DNA from: an uncultured delta proteobacterium
GTDB lineage: Bacteria > Desulfobacterota > Binatia > UBA9968
NCBI GenBank assembly: GCA_963840855.1
Contig: CAWJBB010000033.1
Location: forward strand, 62,628 to 126,627
Direction of reading: 5' to 3'
Length of the DNA: 64,000 bases
The notes beneath the pieces were generated by a model. It was not told where the DNA came from. It searched no databases and was given only the letters and a program-made list of their open reading frames with translations. Below are positions 1 through 11,409 of the stretch, piece by piece; the first letter of the stretch is position 1; each line of letters opens with the position of its first letter. The position numbers were made by a program, and so were the translations under genes.

Positions 1-712
1 CACATGGAAAACTTCGGCACGACTTTGGAACAAATTGGCAAGATCGCCGTGGCGCAGCGCTTCAATGCGATCAATAATCCGCAGGCGCTGTTTCGCGAGC
101 CGATGTCGATGCAGGACTATCTCAACTCGCGCATGATCTCCGATCCGATCCGGCTGTTCGACTGTGTTATGCCGTGCTCCGGAGCCGAATGCTTGATTGT
201 CGCTTCAGAGGAAAAAGCCAAACAGATTACCGACAAGCTGGTTTATCTGGTTACAGACGCCGAGAAGGTGCACTACCAGGTCGCCAACATGTTGCCGGAG
301 AAGACCACCTTTGGCATGAAAGCGGTGGGCGAGAAAATATTCGCGGAAGTGAAGCGCGAAGACATCGACTTGTTTGAAATTTACGACGACTATCCGATCG
401 CGGTGATGATCCAGATCGAAGACTTCGGTTACTGCAAAAAAGGCGACGGCGGAAAATTCGTCGACGCTCACGATTTGACTTACAACGGCGATTTTCCCGT
501 CAACACCGGCGGCGGCGAGTTGTCCGTCGGCCAAGCCGGCCTTGCAGGCGGTTTTTTGCACGTCGTCGAAGCTCTGCGGCAACTCAGAGGGCGAAGCCGA
601 AGGCCATCAGGTGAAGAAGGCTGAGCGTGCTTTGGTCACCGGCATCGGCTGGCTCAACTATGGGCGCAATCTCGGCACCACCGCCGCGCTGGTCATGGAA
701 AGGAGAAAGTAA
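1..712 (+). CDS. Thiolase-family (SCP2-thiolase-like) protein, 5' end outside the window, frameshift near 590
   Basis: ORF 4-624 has FEIYDDY, PVNTGGGELS and EALRQLRG motifs; the C-terminus (ALVTGIG...ERRK*) continues in another frame to TAA 710-712, overlapping the next ATG. Confidence 0.85.
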
Positions 713-1129
713 TGGCTGAAGCAAGGACTCCGCAAAAAAGCTTGCCCAAGATCAATCCCGTCGACGCGCCGTTTTGGCAAGGCGCCGCAAACGATAAGTT
801 TCTTCTGCAGAAGTGCAAGAGCTGCGGCAAGGTGCAATTCTTCCCGCGCGTCGCCTGTGTCGACTGCTTCGGCGAGATGGCCTGGATCGAAGTCGAAGGG
901 CACCGGCAAGATTCATACTTTCACGCTAGTGCGCGTGCCGCGCAACCCGGCTTTCAAGGAAGAGGTGCCGATCTATTATATCAACGTGATCTTGGATGAA
1001 GGTGTAATCATTGAAAGCCGATTGGTCGGCGATTCCAAAGAAAAAGTGAAAATGGGCGACCGGGTCAAAGTCGTTTATCAGGCGACCCACGATCCGACGA
1101 TAAAGCTGCCGTGCTTTGAGCTGGCATAG
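712..1129 (+). CDS. Zn-ribbon/OB-fold protein (DUF35/ChsH2-like thiolase partner), frameshift near 890
   Basis: CKSC...CVDC zinc ribbon in ORF 712-999; OB-fold C-terminus (GKIHTFT...KMGDRVKVVY) in ORF 857-1129. Confidence 0.85.
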
Positions 1130-1357
1130 GGGAATTTTGGATTTTCGATTTTGCGATTGTTTTCCGAAAATTCCCTCCCCGCGAAAGTGGTGGGGGCAGA
1201 GTGAGGGAAACCTCTGTGCATAAAAAAATCATAGGCAAAAGGCGTGAGTGGAAAAATGAATAGGAAAGTCGTGTGGCGGTGCGATATTCAGTTCAGGCAC
1301 GACGGTGACTTAGTTTGCTTGTGAGGCTACAGCAAAGCTGACTTCGAGGAAGGTAAA

Positions 1358-2350
1358 ATGATTAAAGCCCGATTGCTGCTAATGGTAGTTTGCTGTCTCT
1401 CACTCTTTGCTACCGCTTCAATTTTTGCCCAGTCCAAACCGTTGCGGGAAATGAAAGTCGGCTATCCTTTGGGCGGGTCCACGGGCTTTTTCTGGGTGGC
1501 GCATCGCTCCGGCTCCTTCGAAAAACACGGCATCAAAGTCGAGCCGATCTACATCAGAGGCGGGTTGATGGGCATCCAAGCGGCGCTTTCCGGCGATCTT
1601 AATCTTCAGCTCCAAGGTGCGTCCACCGTGGTCAACGCCTGGGCTCAGGGCGCGAAAGAGCTGCAATTCATCGGCGCCGTGGGCAATCGACTCGACTATA
1701 TTTTGGCCGCGCATCCGTCGATCCGCCGCCCCGAGGATCTCAAGGGCAAGAGAATCGGCGTCAGCCAGATCGGCTCGAGCACTGACTTTATCGCGCGGCT
1801 TGCTGCCCGGCGGGTGGGCTTGATTCCCGACAAGGACGTGCAGATCGCCGGCACCGGCGGGCAGGGAGATCGCTGGATTGCGCTCACGGCCGGGCATATT
1901 CACGCCACTGTGCTCCAATCGCCTTTTACTCTGAGGGCGCGCAAAGCCAATTATCCGATCCTCTTCGACTTTTCGAAGGAAGATTTTGAGTACACCATCG
2001 CCGGCCCACTGACCACCCGATCCTTCATCAAGTCCGACCGCGAAACCGTGATGAATTTCATGCGCGGTCTTGCCGACGGGATGGATTTTTACCGGGACGA
2101 GAAGAATAAGGACCGTGTCATCAAGTTTCTCGGCGAATATTACCGATCCAACATCGTTGAAGAGCTGGAGGAAACACGCAGAGTCTATAGTCAAGTCACC
2201 CCGGGGCTGCCGATCATCACCGTTAAAGCGATGGAAAATGTCGTCGCCAACGATAAAAACCTCGCCGGCATGAATCTGAACTTTGCGGAGATTTTGGATT
2301 TATCGTTTCTTGAAAGACTGGCGCAGGAAAGAAAGGCGAAGGGGCGATAG
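1358..2350 (+). CDS. ABC transporter substrate-binding protein (NMT1/SsuA-like)
   Basis: Signal peptide, DLKGKRIGVS motif, RBS upstream. Confidence 0.85.
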   Translation: MIKARLLLMVVCCLSLFATASIFAQSKPLREMKVGYPLGGSTGFFWVAHRSGSFEKHGIKVEPIYIRGGLMGIQAALSGDLNLQLQGASTVVNAWAQGAKELQFIGAVGNRLDYILAAHPSIRRPEDLKGKRIGVSQIGSSTDFIARLAARRVGLIPDKDVQIAGTGGQGDRWIALTAGHIHATVLQSPFTLRARKANYPILFDFSKEDFEYTIAGPLTTRSFIKSDRETVMNFMRGLADGMDFYRDEKNKDRVIKFLGEYYRSNIVEELEETRRVYSQVTPGLPIITVKAMENVVANDKNLAGMNLNFAEILDLSFLERLAQERKAKGR

Positions 2351-2364
2351 GCGTCATATTTGGC

Positions 2365-3213
2365 GTGAGGAATAGGAATGAGAGGATTGTTACGCTGCTG
2401 AATTTACAAAGGTGGGAAGATGGATTTGAAACGATACTATTTGAAGTGCGCGATCAGATCGCGCTGGTGACATTTAACCGGCCGGAGTCGATGAATGCCA
2501 TCAACCGGCAAATGGCGCGCGAGCTGGTCGACGCCTGTAAACAGATCGAAGACGATAGCGCTTTTCGCGTCGCAATTTTTACCGGTGCCGGGGAACGAGC
2601 ATTTTCCGCCGGCATGGATCTGAAAGAGCGCGCCGAGACGGCGTTTTCACCCATCGACCGGCGCAATCAAAAAATATCGCAGACCATTCATACCCAGTCG
2701 CGCGCCATCGCTGCGATGACGAAGCCGACCATCGCGGCGATCCGCGGTTACTGCGTGGGCGGCGGCCTCGAAATGGCGCTGGCGTGCGACATGCGCGTGG
2801 CCGCCGAGGATGCCAAACTTGGGCTAACGGAGGTGCGTCGTGGGTTGATCCCCGGCGCAGGCGGTACGCAGCGGTTGCCGCGCGCGGTCGGCGTCGCCAA
2901 GGCGCTGGAGATCTGTTTGACCGGAGACAATGTCACAGGTAGCGAAGCGCTGCGATTGGGTTTGGTGAATATCGCCGTGCCGGCGGCCGACGTGATCAAA
3001 GCTGCCGAGGATTTGGCGAGCAGAATTCTAAAAGGCGCGCCCATGTCGGTGGCTTTCATAAAGGAAGCGATCAAGAAGGGAATGGAGTTGCCGTTGGACG
3101 AAGGGTTGCGTTTGGAAGCCGATCTTTCCGCCATGATCGCGACCACCGAAGACAGCAAGGAAGGTCCGCGCGCCTTTGCCGAAAAACGCGCGCCCGTGTG
3201 GAAAGGGAAATAG
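2365..3213 (+). CDS. Enoyl-CoA hydratase/isomerase
   Basis: AFSAGMDL, GGGLE and LTE..RGLIPGAGGTQRL motifs; the real start is probably the ATG at 2420 with a missing T. Confidence 0.9.
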   Translation: MRNRNERIVTLLNLQRWEDGFETILFEVRDQIALVTFNRPESMNAINRQMARELVDACKQIEDDSAFRVAIFTGAGERAFSAGMDLKERAETAFSPIDRRNQKISQTIHTQSRAIAAMTKPTIAAIRGYCVGGGLEMALACDMRVAAEDAKLGLTEVRRGLIPGAGGTQRLPRAVGVAKALEICLTGDNVTGSEALRLGLVNIAVPAADVIKAAEDLASRILKGAPMSVAFIKEAIKKGMELPLDEGLRLEADLSAMIATTEDSKEGPRAFAEKRAPVWKGK

Positions 3214-3315
3214 GCACGAGGCATGAGGCGCGCGGTAATCGAGGGGCGAGTACATGTTTGCGCCGTCTGGAACTCGCTGTTACCATTCGCCAACGCCTCT
3301 AGAAAGGAGGAACGA

Positions 3316-4134
3316 ATGGCAGACGAAAAAGTACTTTACGAAGTGAAGGATAAAATCGCGTGGATCACGCTGAACCGACCTGAATCCTTGAATGCGGTAA
3401 ACCGCGACATGGTGCGGGCCATCGTCGGTTACTGCAAGCAGGCGAACGAGGATCGAAATGTTCAGATCGTGATCTTTAAAGCCAACGGCGAGAAAGCCTT
3501 CTCTGTCGGCGGCGATATTAAAGACCGTGTGCGCGCAAGCGAGGCGGCCCAGGCGGTTGAACCGGAGTCGCCGCTGGTGCTGCGTCAGGCGAGATATTCG
3601 ACGATTCCAGGCACGCCGGCGCCGGCCATCGCGGCAATCGACAAAATCACCATGGCGCTAGTTCACGGTTACACCGTGGGCACGGGACTGTTGATGAGTC
3701 TTGCCTGCGACATTCGCATTGCAGCGGAAGGCGCTCGCTTGGGACTTAGCGAAATTCGGCTTGGGTTCATGGCCGGTTCCGGCGGTACGCAGCGCATGGC
3801 GCGGCTCGTTGGGATTCCTAAAGCGCTGGAGATCTGTCTGTCCGGTGAGCTTTATGATGCCCAAGAGTGTTACCGCATCGGTCTTGTGAATCAGCTCGTT
3901 CCCTACGACCAATTGATTCCAGCCGGCGAGAAAATGGCCGCGTCATTCTTGAAAGGTGCGCCGCTGGCGCTGCGCTATATCAAGGAAGCGATTTACAAGG
4001 GCAGCGAGATGACGCTGGAGCAGGGATTACGGTTTGAGTCCGACCTTCAGAGCATGGTGATGCAGACCGAAGACGCCAAAGAAGGGCCGAAGGCGTTCGT
4101 CGAGAAACGGCCGGCGGCGTGGAAAGGAAGATGA
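3316..4134 (+). CDS. Enoyl-CoA hydratase/isomerase
   Basis: AFSVGGDI and LSEIRLG...GGTQR motifs; AGGAGG RBS before ATG 3316. Confidence 0.9.
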   Translation: MADEKVLYEVKDKIAWITLNRPESLNAVNRDMVRAIVGYCKQANEDRNVQIVIFKANGEKAFSVGGDIKDRVRASEAAQAVEPESPLVLRQARYSTIPGTPAPAIAAIDKITMALVHGYTVGTGLLMSLACDIRIAAEGARLGLSEIRLGFMAGSGGTQRMARLVGIPKALEICLSGELYDAQECYRIGLVNQLVPYDQLIPAGEKMAASFLKGAPLALRYIKEAIYKGSEMTLEQGLRFESDLQSMVMQTEDAKEGPKAFVEKRPAAWKGR

Positions 4135-4139
4135 CTGAG

Positions 4140-4249
4140 AGAGTTTCTAGTCTCTGGTTTTTAGTTTAGCAGCGGGAGAGCAACACGAAGCGATTAGCTG
4201 CCCCTGTATTTTGACGACCAGAAACTAGGAACTAGAAACTAGAAACTCT
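4140..4249. repeat. Inverted arms built from a 7-bp unit (TAGAAAC)n
   Basis: AGAGTTTCTAG at 4140 is the reverse complement of CTAGAAACTCT ending at 4249; both arms are degenerate heptamer arrays. Confidence 0.7.
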
Positions 4250-4250
4250 T

Positions 4251-5927
4251 ATGAATTCTACCCCGATGTTAATGGGCGACGGTTTGCGCCGTAACGCCTG
4301 GAAGTTTCCGGTTAAAATTGCCGCGAAGGACCGCTTTCGTGAAATCAATTACGCCGATCTCAATGCGCGCGTTAATCAGCTCGCCCATGGCCTTTTGTCC
4401 TAGGCGTGCGCCGGGGCGATGCCGTCGCGCTGTCGGTTGGCAATCGCATCGAGCATCTGGAAATCGTGTTCGCCACGGCGAAGATCGGTGCCCTGGCGAT
4501 CCCCCTCGACGTCAAGTGGAAAGCGCTGGAACTCGCCGCCGTCATAGCGGCTCTCGAACCAGGATTCATCATCCTTCAGGAAGATTGTGCGCAAGAATTT
4601 GAGAAAGCGAAAGAACTCAGGGATCTGAGCGCTCGTCAAGGCTGTTTCGTTATCGCCGGATTACACTTATAGCGGATTGCTCCGCGGGCAAAGCCCGGAG
4701 GAACCCGATATTCACGTCCATGAAGACGATCCATTCGCGGTCATGCTCACCTCGGGCACGACCGGATTTCCCAAGGGCTGTCTGGCGACGCAGCGGACAT
4801 TTGTTTTCCATGTATAAACAATGCCATCGAGAAGGGGCTGGGCGCGGACGACAAAGCGATACTTTCGTCACCGATCTATTTCAATGCCGGACGCTCGTTC
4901 ACGCTTGGAATTATCTACTTCGGCGGTACCATGATCCTGCATGAACGGTTCGATGCCGAAGAAGTGCTGAAAACCATTGAAGCGTGAGAAAGTTACTTAC
5001 GTCGGCGCCGTGCCGATCATGTGCGAGCGCATGCTCCATGTATTGGAAACAACGCCGTACAACACCAGCTCGCTGCGTTGCCTGGCGATAACCGGCGGCA
5101 AAGTGCATCCGGCGGTGCTGGAAGCATTGAAGAAAAATCTTACGCCTAACATCTTCCGGACTTACGCTTCGACGGACTCCGGACAGATGGCGATATCGAA
5201 GCCGGACGATATGGCGGCGAAGGCACACGCCGCCGGCCGGCCCGTTTGGTGCGTAGATCTGCGCATCGTCGATGAAAACGATAAACCCGTGAGGGTTGGC
5301 GAGGTGGGTGAAATTATTTGTAAGAGCCCGCTGGCTACCCATGGCTATTACAAAAACCCCGAAGCGACCAACGCGTCGTTCCGCGATGGCTGGTTTTACA
5401 CGGGCGATCTCGGTTATTTCGACGAGGAAGGTTATCTCTTCGTCGCCGGGCGCAAGAAGGACATGGTGAAGAGCGGCGGCATCAGTATCTATCCGTTGGA
5501 GATCGAAAGCGTCATCTATAGCCATCCCGATATTTTGGAAGCCGCCGTGATCGGAGTGCCCGATCGACAATGGGGCGAGGCATTGAAGGCTGTTATTGTT
5601 CTCAAACAGGGTGCGAAAATCACCGGGGAGGAATTGCAGCGGTTTTGTAAGGAACGCCTCTCCTCGTACAAAGTTCCGAAGTCGGTGGACTTTGTTTCTT
5701 CGTTGCCGCACACCGAAGTGGGGAAGGTGAACAAGGTCAAGGTGAGGGAAATGATTCTCGACCGAGGCGAAGCGGTAAGGTGTGGCGAGATAATTTTTTC
5801 TCGGATCATAGCTTTTCCATCACTTCACGCGCAAAGCTTTCTAGCGTCGCTTGTTTTGATACTCCACATGGAACGATGGTCAGCTCGTCGATGCCGGCGG
5901 CGATATATCGCTTCACTTTCTCCCTGA
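4251..5927 (+). CDS. AMP-dependent acyl-CoA synthetase, several frameshifts (homology ends near 5770)
   Basis: TSGTTGFPKG motif near 4750; GWFYTGDLG, GRKKDMVKSGG and GKVNK motifs in ORF 4977-5927. Confidence 0.85.
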
Positions 5928-6310
5928 CTTCATCCGGCGTGCCGGCGAGAGCGAACCGGTCCACCCATTCCTGCCGCACCAGGTAATCATGCTCCGGCCC
6001 CATATGATGGTAGGAGTCGTAGTGTTGGCGCAACCGCTCCACCGCTTGGCGGTCGGCTTGGTCGTCGAGTTCGCCGCGATTATACGACCTTCCCAGATGC
6101 GTGAACGCGGCACGGGCGACGATGCCTTTGACACTTTCCCGTGCTCGCTGTCCGTCGGCGCTGATGGCGCAAGGCATTCGATAGATGAACTGCACGGCCG
6201 TTGATGGTCTGTTGGCCTCTGCCGTGAAGGCGCGAATGTTTTCGATCAACGGCTTAGCGGATTCTCCGCATTTGGCTACCCCCATGACCGTTTATTCTGT
6301 CCGCCAATAA
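5806..6310 (-). pseudogene. C-terminal half of an LLM-class flavin/F420-dependent oxidoreductase
   Basis: DRFALAGTPDEVREKVKRYIAAGIDE C-terminal signature; about 160 aa only, with no room for the N-terminal half before the divergent gene at 6569. Confidence 0.65.
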
Positions 6311-6568
6311 AAGACGAGGCAAATAAAAAGACAACAAAGGTCCGTCAACAATAAACATCAAAACTTGCTTGACGGCAAAATGCTTCCCGATGTACTCCTT
6401 TACAGGCCGTCGATTGGCGCCGTCCCAAGCCCTGGGGCCGGCGCTAAGTCCGCAGAAACACGTTGACCAGAACGATGTTAAAGAGACCACGAAAGAGTTA
6501 GGATCGCATTAGCAGGAGTAACGCCAAGCGAACAATTGATTGCGGTATTTAAGGAAGGAGCGTGTATT

Positions 6569-7651
6569 ATGAAACTTGCCATCCCCACCGCCGTATTGTT
6601 ACTCTGGAGCTTGCCGCTGTTCGCACCTGCGGTCCAAGCCGCGGAACGGCCCTATTACCAGGGCAAGAACATAACGTTCCTGATCAACTACGCCGCCGGC
6701 GGGCCCACCGACATCGAAGGCCGCATCGTGGCGCGCCATCTGGCCAGATATATTCCGGGAAATCCGGCTGTCATCGTGCAAAATATGCCCGGCGCGGGCG
6801 GCGTAACCGGAATCAATTTTCTTGGCGAAGTGGCCAAACGCGACGGTCTGACCCTGGGCTATTTTACCGGGCCCTATAATCACCAGATGATGAAGAATCC
6901 GTCGTTAAGGATCGATCTGATGCAGGTGCCGTTCATCGCTTCGGTGGGCAGCGTGACCGTCTGCTACATCCGTTCCGATGTCCCGCCGGGGATCAAAAAG
7001 CCCACGGACATCGCCAAAGCGGAGCGTTTCAGAGCCGGCGGCCTGTCTTTCGACAGCAACAAGGATCTGCGCTTTAGGCTCGCCTTCGACGTTCTGGGGC
7101 TCAAGTACGATTACGTGACCGGTTACAACAGCAGCGCGGACGCGCGCCTGGCGGTGCAGCGCAACGAGATCCAGTATCATGACGAAAATATTCCGGGATA
7201 CCGCGGCGTCGTCGAGCCGCAAATGGTGAAAACCGGCATGGTCACCCCGCTCTACTATCACGATGTCATCAAACCCGACGGGACGATGGGGAAGAGCCCC
7301 GATTACCCCGAGCTCAATTCTTTTACCGAGGTCTACACGCAAATTCATGGCAAGGCGCCGACCGGAATCAAATACGAAGTGCTCAAAGCGGCAAATATGG
7401 CCAGCCAGAATCTCAGCCGCGTGGCTTTGTTGCCGCCGAATTCGCCCAAAGAAGCAGTCCTTGCCGTGCGCCAGGCTTTTACAGCGCTATCCAGGGACGA
7501 AGAATTCATCGGTGAGGCAATGAAAGTCATGCGCTTCCATCCGCGTTTCGATGTTGGGGAAGATGGCGAACGGCTGCGGGAAAAAGTGCTGCGGGCGCCG
7601 ACGGAGATCATCGACTTCGTCCGCCAGTACGTCGAGCAGGCAAGGAAGTAG
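6569..7651 (+). CDS. Tripartite tricarboxylate transporter substrate-binding protein (Bug/TctC)
   Basis: Signal peptide; YAAGGPTD..GR and VQNMPGAGG motifs. Confidence 0.85.
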   Translation: MKLAIPTAVLLLWSLPLFAPAVQAAERPYYQGKNITFLINYAAGGPTDIEGRIVARHLARYIPGNPAVIVQNMPGAGGVTGINFLGEVAKRDGLTLGYFTGPYNHQMMKNPSLRIDLMQVPFIASVGSVTVCYIRSDVPPGIKKPTDIAKAERFRAGGLSFDSNKDLRFRLAFDVLGLKYDYVTGYNSSADARLAVQRNEIQYHDENIPGYRGVVEPQMVKTGMVTPLYYHDVIKPDGTMGKSPDYPELNSFTEVYTQIHGKAPTGIKYEVLKAANMASQNLSRVALLPPNSPKEAVLAVRQAFTALSRDEEFIGEAMKVMRFHPRFDVGEDGERLREKVLRAPTEIIDFVRQYVEQARK

Positions 7652-7731
7652 TCCCGATATCAAGTGCTAGAATCCTGTTGGATTGGAGAACCGAGTATAA
7701 ACGATCAGAGAGAGGTGGTCGCAAGCAATTT

Positions 7732-8599
7732 ATGAATTTGGAACCGAAACAGCGTCATTTCGTGCACGACGGTTTACGCATGCATTATTGGGAGTGGGGC
7801 GATCCCAATGAAGACACTTATGTTTTCGTCCACGGCATCCGCGATCAAGGGCGAAGTTGGGATCAGTTTCTTGAGGCATTGCTCGCGCGCGGGGTGCCAA
7901 TTAAACATGCCGTCGCCATCGATCTGCGCGGTCACGGCGATAGCGAATGGCCCAACCACGGTCGCGGCTACCAGCATGAAGACTTCCTCACCGATCTTGC
8001 CGGGCTGCTCAAGCATCTCGACAAGGAGTCGTCAACCATCATCGGCCATTCCCTCGGCGGCAGCATGTGTTTGCTATACGCCGGGACGTTTCCCGAGAAG
8101 GTGAAGAAATTGGTGTTGCTCGAATCCCTCGGCCCTTTCGCGCGTGCCGATGACGAGGTGCCCAATATTCTCGCGGAACGGTTAAAAGGGAGAGATTATG
8201 TCGAGATCCCTTTTCCACATGAATCATTGGAAGCGGCGGCTCGAGGCGATTCAAAAAACTTTTCCCTTGATACCGGACGACGCGGCGTTGCACATGGCGC
8301 TATACGGAACCAACTACAAGGGTGGCAGATACCGTTGGAAGCATGATCCGATTCTTCGTTACCGGACGACGACGGCGATGTCGGAAGGGCAGATCGAGGC
8401 GTTCATTCGCCGCCTCAAATGTCCGATCCTGTTCGTCCACGGCACCGAGAGCGATTTCATGAAATCCGTGCGCGGCCATCGCGCGAATCTCTTCCCGAAC
8501 GCTAAAATCGTTCCCATCGAAGGCGCCGGCCATCACATTCCGCACGAGAAACCGGAGGAGCTGGCGGATGTCGTCGTCCCATTTTTACTCTCCGGGTAA
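7732..8599 (+). CDS. Alpha/beta hydrolase, frameshift near 8245
   Basis: FVHG, DLRGHGDS and GHSLGG nucleophile elbow; GAGHHIPHE in ORF 8198-8599. Confidence 0.85.
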
Positions 8600-8606
8600 A
8601 AATGGG

Positions 8607-8838
8607 CGTTCTAACCGTTCAAGACGTTCAAACCGTTTGGGATTACGCTCAAGATGGTCAGAAATTCAAAATCCCGATTCCCATTGGGTCATTCTGAACG
8701 AAGCGTAGCGGAGTGAAGAATCTCGGCCGAGATCCTTCGCGTTGCTCAGGATGACGGATAGACTGGCGTGATGATAGATCGATACCAGACTGCCGGTTAA
8801 CGGCTTGAACGTATTGAACGGCCGGAACGGTTTGAACC
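8607..8838. repeat. Composite palindrome: 9-bp-period inverted arms enclosing a REP-like element (8688-8755)
   Basis: CGTTCAA-type units at 8607-8640 and TTGAACG-type units at 8797-8838; inner GTCATTCTGA...GAAGAATCTC-GGCC-GAGATCCTTC...TCAGGATGAC. Confidence 0.75.
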
Positions 8839-8856
8839 AAACGTTACGAGGTGTTT

Positions 8857-9309
8857 ATGCATCTTTCCGCTAAAGTCATAGAGGCCATGGAAGGCGAACG
8901 ACGGGTTCACTTCGTTAACCCCAAGGCGGTGCGCATCAACAAATCGCTCGGCGACGCGGCCGGCCTCAAAAACCTTGGCGTTCACATGATGACCGTTGCG
9001 CCGGGTGACCGCTCCTCGGAGTATCACTGTCATCGTTACGAAGACGAGGCGATCTATGTGTTATCCGGTCACGGCACGGCGGTCATTGGCGAGCAATCCT
9101 ATCGGATCGGACCGGGAGATTTCTTGGGTTTTCCGGGTGGCGGACCTGCGCATGAAACGATCAACGACAGCGTGGAACCGCTGGTTTGCCTCGTCATCGG
9201 CCAACGGCTTGCGCAAGACGTGGTCGATTATCCCCGCGCCGGGAAACGGCTATATCGCAACAGCGGGCAGCGGGACATGGTTGACGTGGTAAATGTGCAG
9301 AAGCGGTAA
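8857..9309 (+). CDS. Cupin domain protein
   Basis: HCH..EDE..YVLSG and GDFLGFPGGGPAH cupin motifs. Confidence 0.85.
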   Translation: MHLSAKVIEAMEGERRVHFVNPKAVRINKSLGDAAGLKNLGVHMMTVAPGDRSSEYHCHRYEDEAIYVLSGHGTAVIGEQSYRIGPGDFLGFPGGGPAHETINDSVEPLVCLVIGQRLAQDVVDYPRAGKRLYRNSGQRDMVDVVNVQKR

Positions 9310-9375
9310 CGAGTCGGCTTAACCCGGTTGAACGATTTCAACCATCAAACTGTTTTGCTCGGAGGTAGTTTATTT

Positions 9376-10197
9376 ATGGTCGAGATGAAAACGATTATTC
9401 CTAAAATCGATGAAGAATCTGGAGTCGCGTGGTTGACTTTTAACCGCCCGGAGAAAAAGAACGCCCTCAGCCGAATCCTGATGGCCGAGCTGATCGCGAT
9501 TCTCAAAGAACTGCATGACAATGAAAAGATCAAGGTTATCGTAACCACTGGGTCGAGCAACGCCTACTCGTCCGGCCTCGATCTTTACGATCTGCGTGAT
9601 AGTTGGAAACGCAAGCGGCGCTGGGACGACGGCGGCACGACCCAAGAGATCATCCGGCTCATGCGCGGCGCGCCGCAAGTTACCATCGCGGCGGTGAACG
9701 GTTGGTGCCTTGGCGGCGGCCTGGCGCTTATCAATGGCCACGATCTCGCTGTCGCCGGCGAGTCGGCGATTTTCGGCATGCCGGAAGTGATTCGCGGCAG
9801 CTACGGGGCGGTGGCGACGCCCTCTCTGTTTCACGGCGGTATCCCGTTCAAGAAAGCCTTTTACATTCAGTTGACGGGGAGAAATCTTACGGCAGCGGAA
9901 GCGGAGCGGGTCGGGTTGATTACCCAGGTCGTGCCGGACAAAGAGCTGATTCCCTACGTCGAGCAAATGGCCAATGAGCTGGGCTCGCGCAACGCGGCGA
10001 CTTTGGACAGCGCGAAGATCGCGGCTTATTTGCAAAAGGATCTGGATTTCGACACCGCGCTGCGCATCGACGATCTGGTTTCCCATCGCATGCGCTATTA
10101 CACCAATCCGTTGAACGACGTTGAGGGTTACCTCCACTCGCAAAAAGGCGGCGGCAGTACGCGCTACGTGAAGCCGGAGGATCGGAAAAAATCGTGA
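9376..10197 (+). CDS. Enoyl-CoA hydratase/lyase family protein (divergent HCHL-like)
   Basis: FNRPEKKNAL, SSGLDL, VNGWCLGGG and FGMPE motifs; GGAGG RBS at 9361. Confidence 0.85.
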   Translation: MVEMKTIIPKIDEESGVAWLTFNRPEKKNALSRILMAELIAILKELHDNEKIKVIVTTGSSNAYSSGLDLYDLRDSWKRKRRWDDGGTTQEIIRLMRGAPQVTIAAVNGWCLGGGLALINGHDLAVAGESAIFGMPEVIRGSYGAVATPSLFHGGIPFKKAFYIQLTGRNLTAAEAERVGLITQVVPDKELIPYVEQMANELGSRNAATLDSAKIAAYLQKDLDFDTALRIDDLVSHRMRYYTNPLNDVEGYLHSQKGGGSTRYVKPEDRKKS

Positions 10198-10268
10198 TCG
10201 TGGCTCGTGTTGGGTACATTGCAGGCTGCGCTCTTACAGCCGATGAGCGATGTTGAACGGGAGTTAAT

Positions 10269-11399
10269 ATGAAACTACGCACGCCTTTGTGTGATCTGTT
10301 GGGCATCGAAGTTCCGATTATTCAGGCCGGCATGGGGTGGGATAAGGAAGGGATGACGACACCGCCGGCGCTGGTGGCGGCGGTGTCGAACGCGGGTGGA
10401 TTGGGATGTATCGGCGGCAGCTCGATCCGTCCGGAAGTGATTCGCGAGCGGATTCGCGCCGTGCGCCAATTGACGGACAGGCCGTTCGGCGTCGATATCA
10501 CCTTGCCGAAGATGGAAGACGTGAGAATCCCCGACCCGGACGAAGTGCGCAAGGAGATCGAAGAAAAATATCCCAAGCACGCCAAATTTACCGACGAGCT
10601 GCTGCCCAAGCTGGGATTACAGCCGCAACCGCCGGACCGAAAGAGCTGGGTAAAAACCCCGGCGGCGACGCGGGAACAATTAAAAGTGATACTTGAAGAA
10701 AAGGCGCCGATTCTGATCATCGGCCTGGGCGATACAGCGGAAGTCGTGCCGCTGGCCCACGAGAGAGGTATCAAGGTCATGGCGCTGGCGGGCGCGGTAA
10801 AGCACGCGCTCAGCCACGCGCGTAAGGGCGCCGATGTCATCATCGCCCAGGGCTATGAAGCAGGCGGTCACACGGGAACGATCGCTAATTTTCCGTTGAT
10901 TCCCCAGATTGTCGACGCCGTGAAACCGAAACCGGTGGTCGCCGCCGGCGGCATATCCGACGGCCGGGGCGTTGCTGCGGCGCTGGCGCTGGGGGCGGTG
11001 GGTGTTTGGTGCGGCACGACCTTCCTGGTGAGCAACGAATGCGGCATCCATCCCGCCTACAAAAGGCAAATTCTCAAAGGGACCTCGGAAGATTTCGTCC
11101 GCACGGCCTATACCAGCGGCCATTATGCCCGGCATTACCGGAGTGAGGTAATCCAAGCGTGGATGAATTCTGGACTGGAAGCGATGCCGACGCCGTATCA
11201 GGGCAACTCCATGGACGAAATTCGCCGCGCCGCGGAGGCGGCTGATCGGGTGGATTTATTGCATGTGCCCGGCGGCCAAGTGGCGGGCATGTTGAGCGAA
11301 GAAAAAAGTGCCCGGCCAGCCAGGGAAATCGTCGCGCGGATGGTTGAAGAGGCGGCGACGATCCTGAATAACATCCGCAGTTCATATGTGGGAGCATAG
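10269..11399 (+). CDS. Nitronate monooxygenase / FabK-like flavoenzyme
   Basis: PIIQAGMG, QGYEAGGH and AAGGISDGRG motifs. Confidence 0.85.
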   Translation: MKLRTPLCDLLGIEVPIIQAGMGWDKEGMTTPPALVAAVSNAGGLGCIGGSSIRPEVIRERIRAVRQLTDRPFGVDITLPKMEDVRIPDPDEVRKEIEEKYPKHAKFTDELLPKLGLQPQPPDRKSWVKTPAATREQLKVILEEKAPILIIGLGDTAEVVPLAHERGIKVMALAGAVKHALSHARKGADVIIAQGYEAGGHTGTIANFPLIPQIVDAVKPKPVVAAGGISDGRGVAAALALGAVGVWCGTTFLVSNECGIHPAYKRQILKGTSEDFVRTAYTSGHYARHYRSEVIQAWMNSGLEAMPTPYQGNSMDEIRRAAEAADRVDLLHVPGGQVAGMLSEEKSARPAREIVARMVEEAATILNNIRSSYVGA

Positions 11400-11409
11400 T
11401 GGCAATAAG

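Noticed and set aside
6400-6470. Riboswitch in the TctC leader
   Set aside because: A GC hairpin is present but no known aptamer motif was recognised
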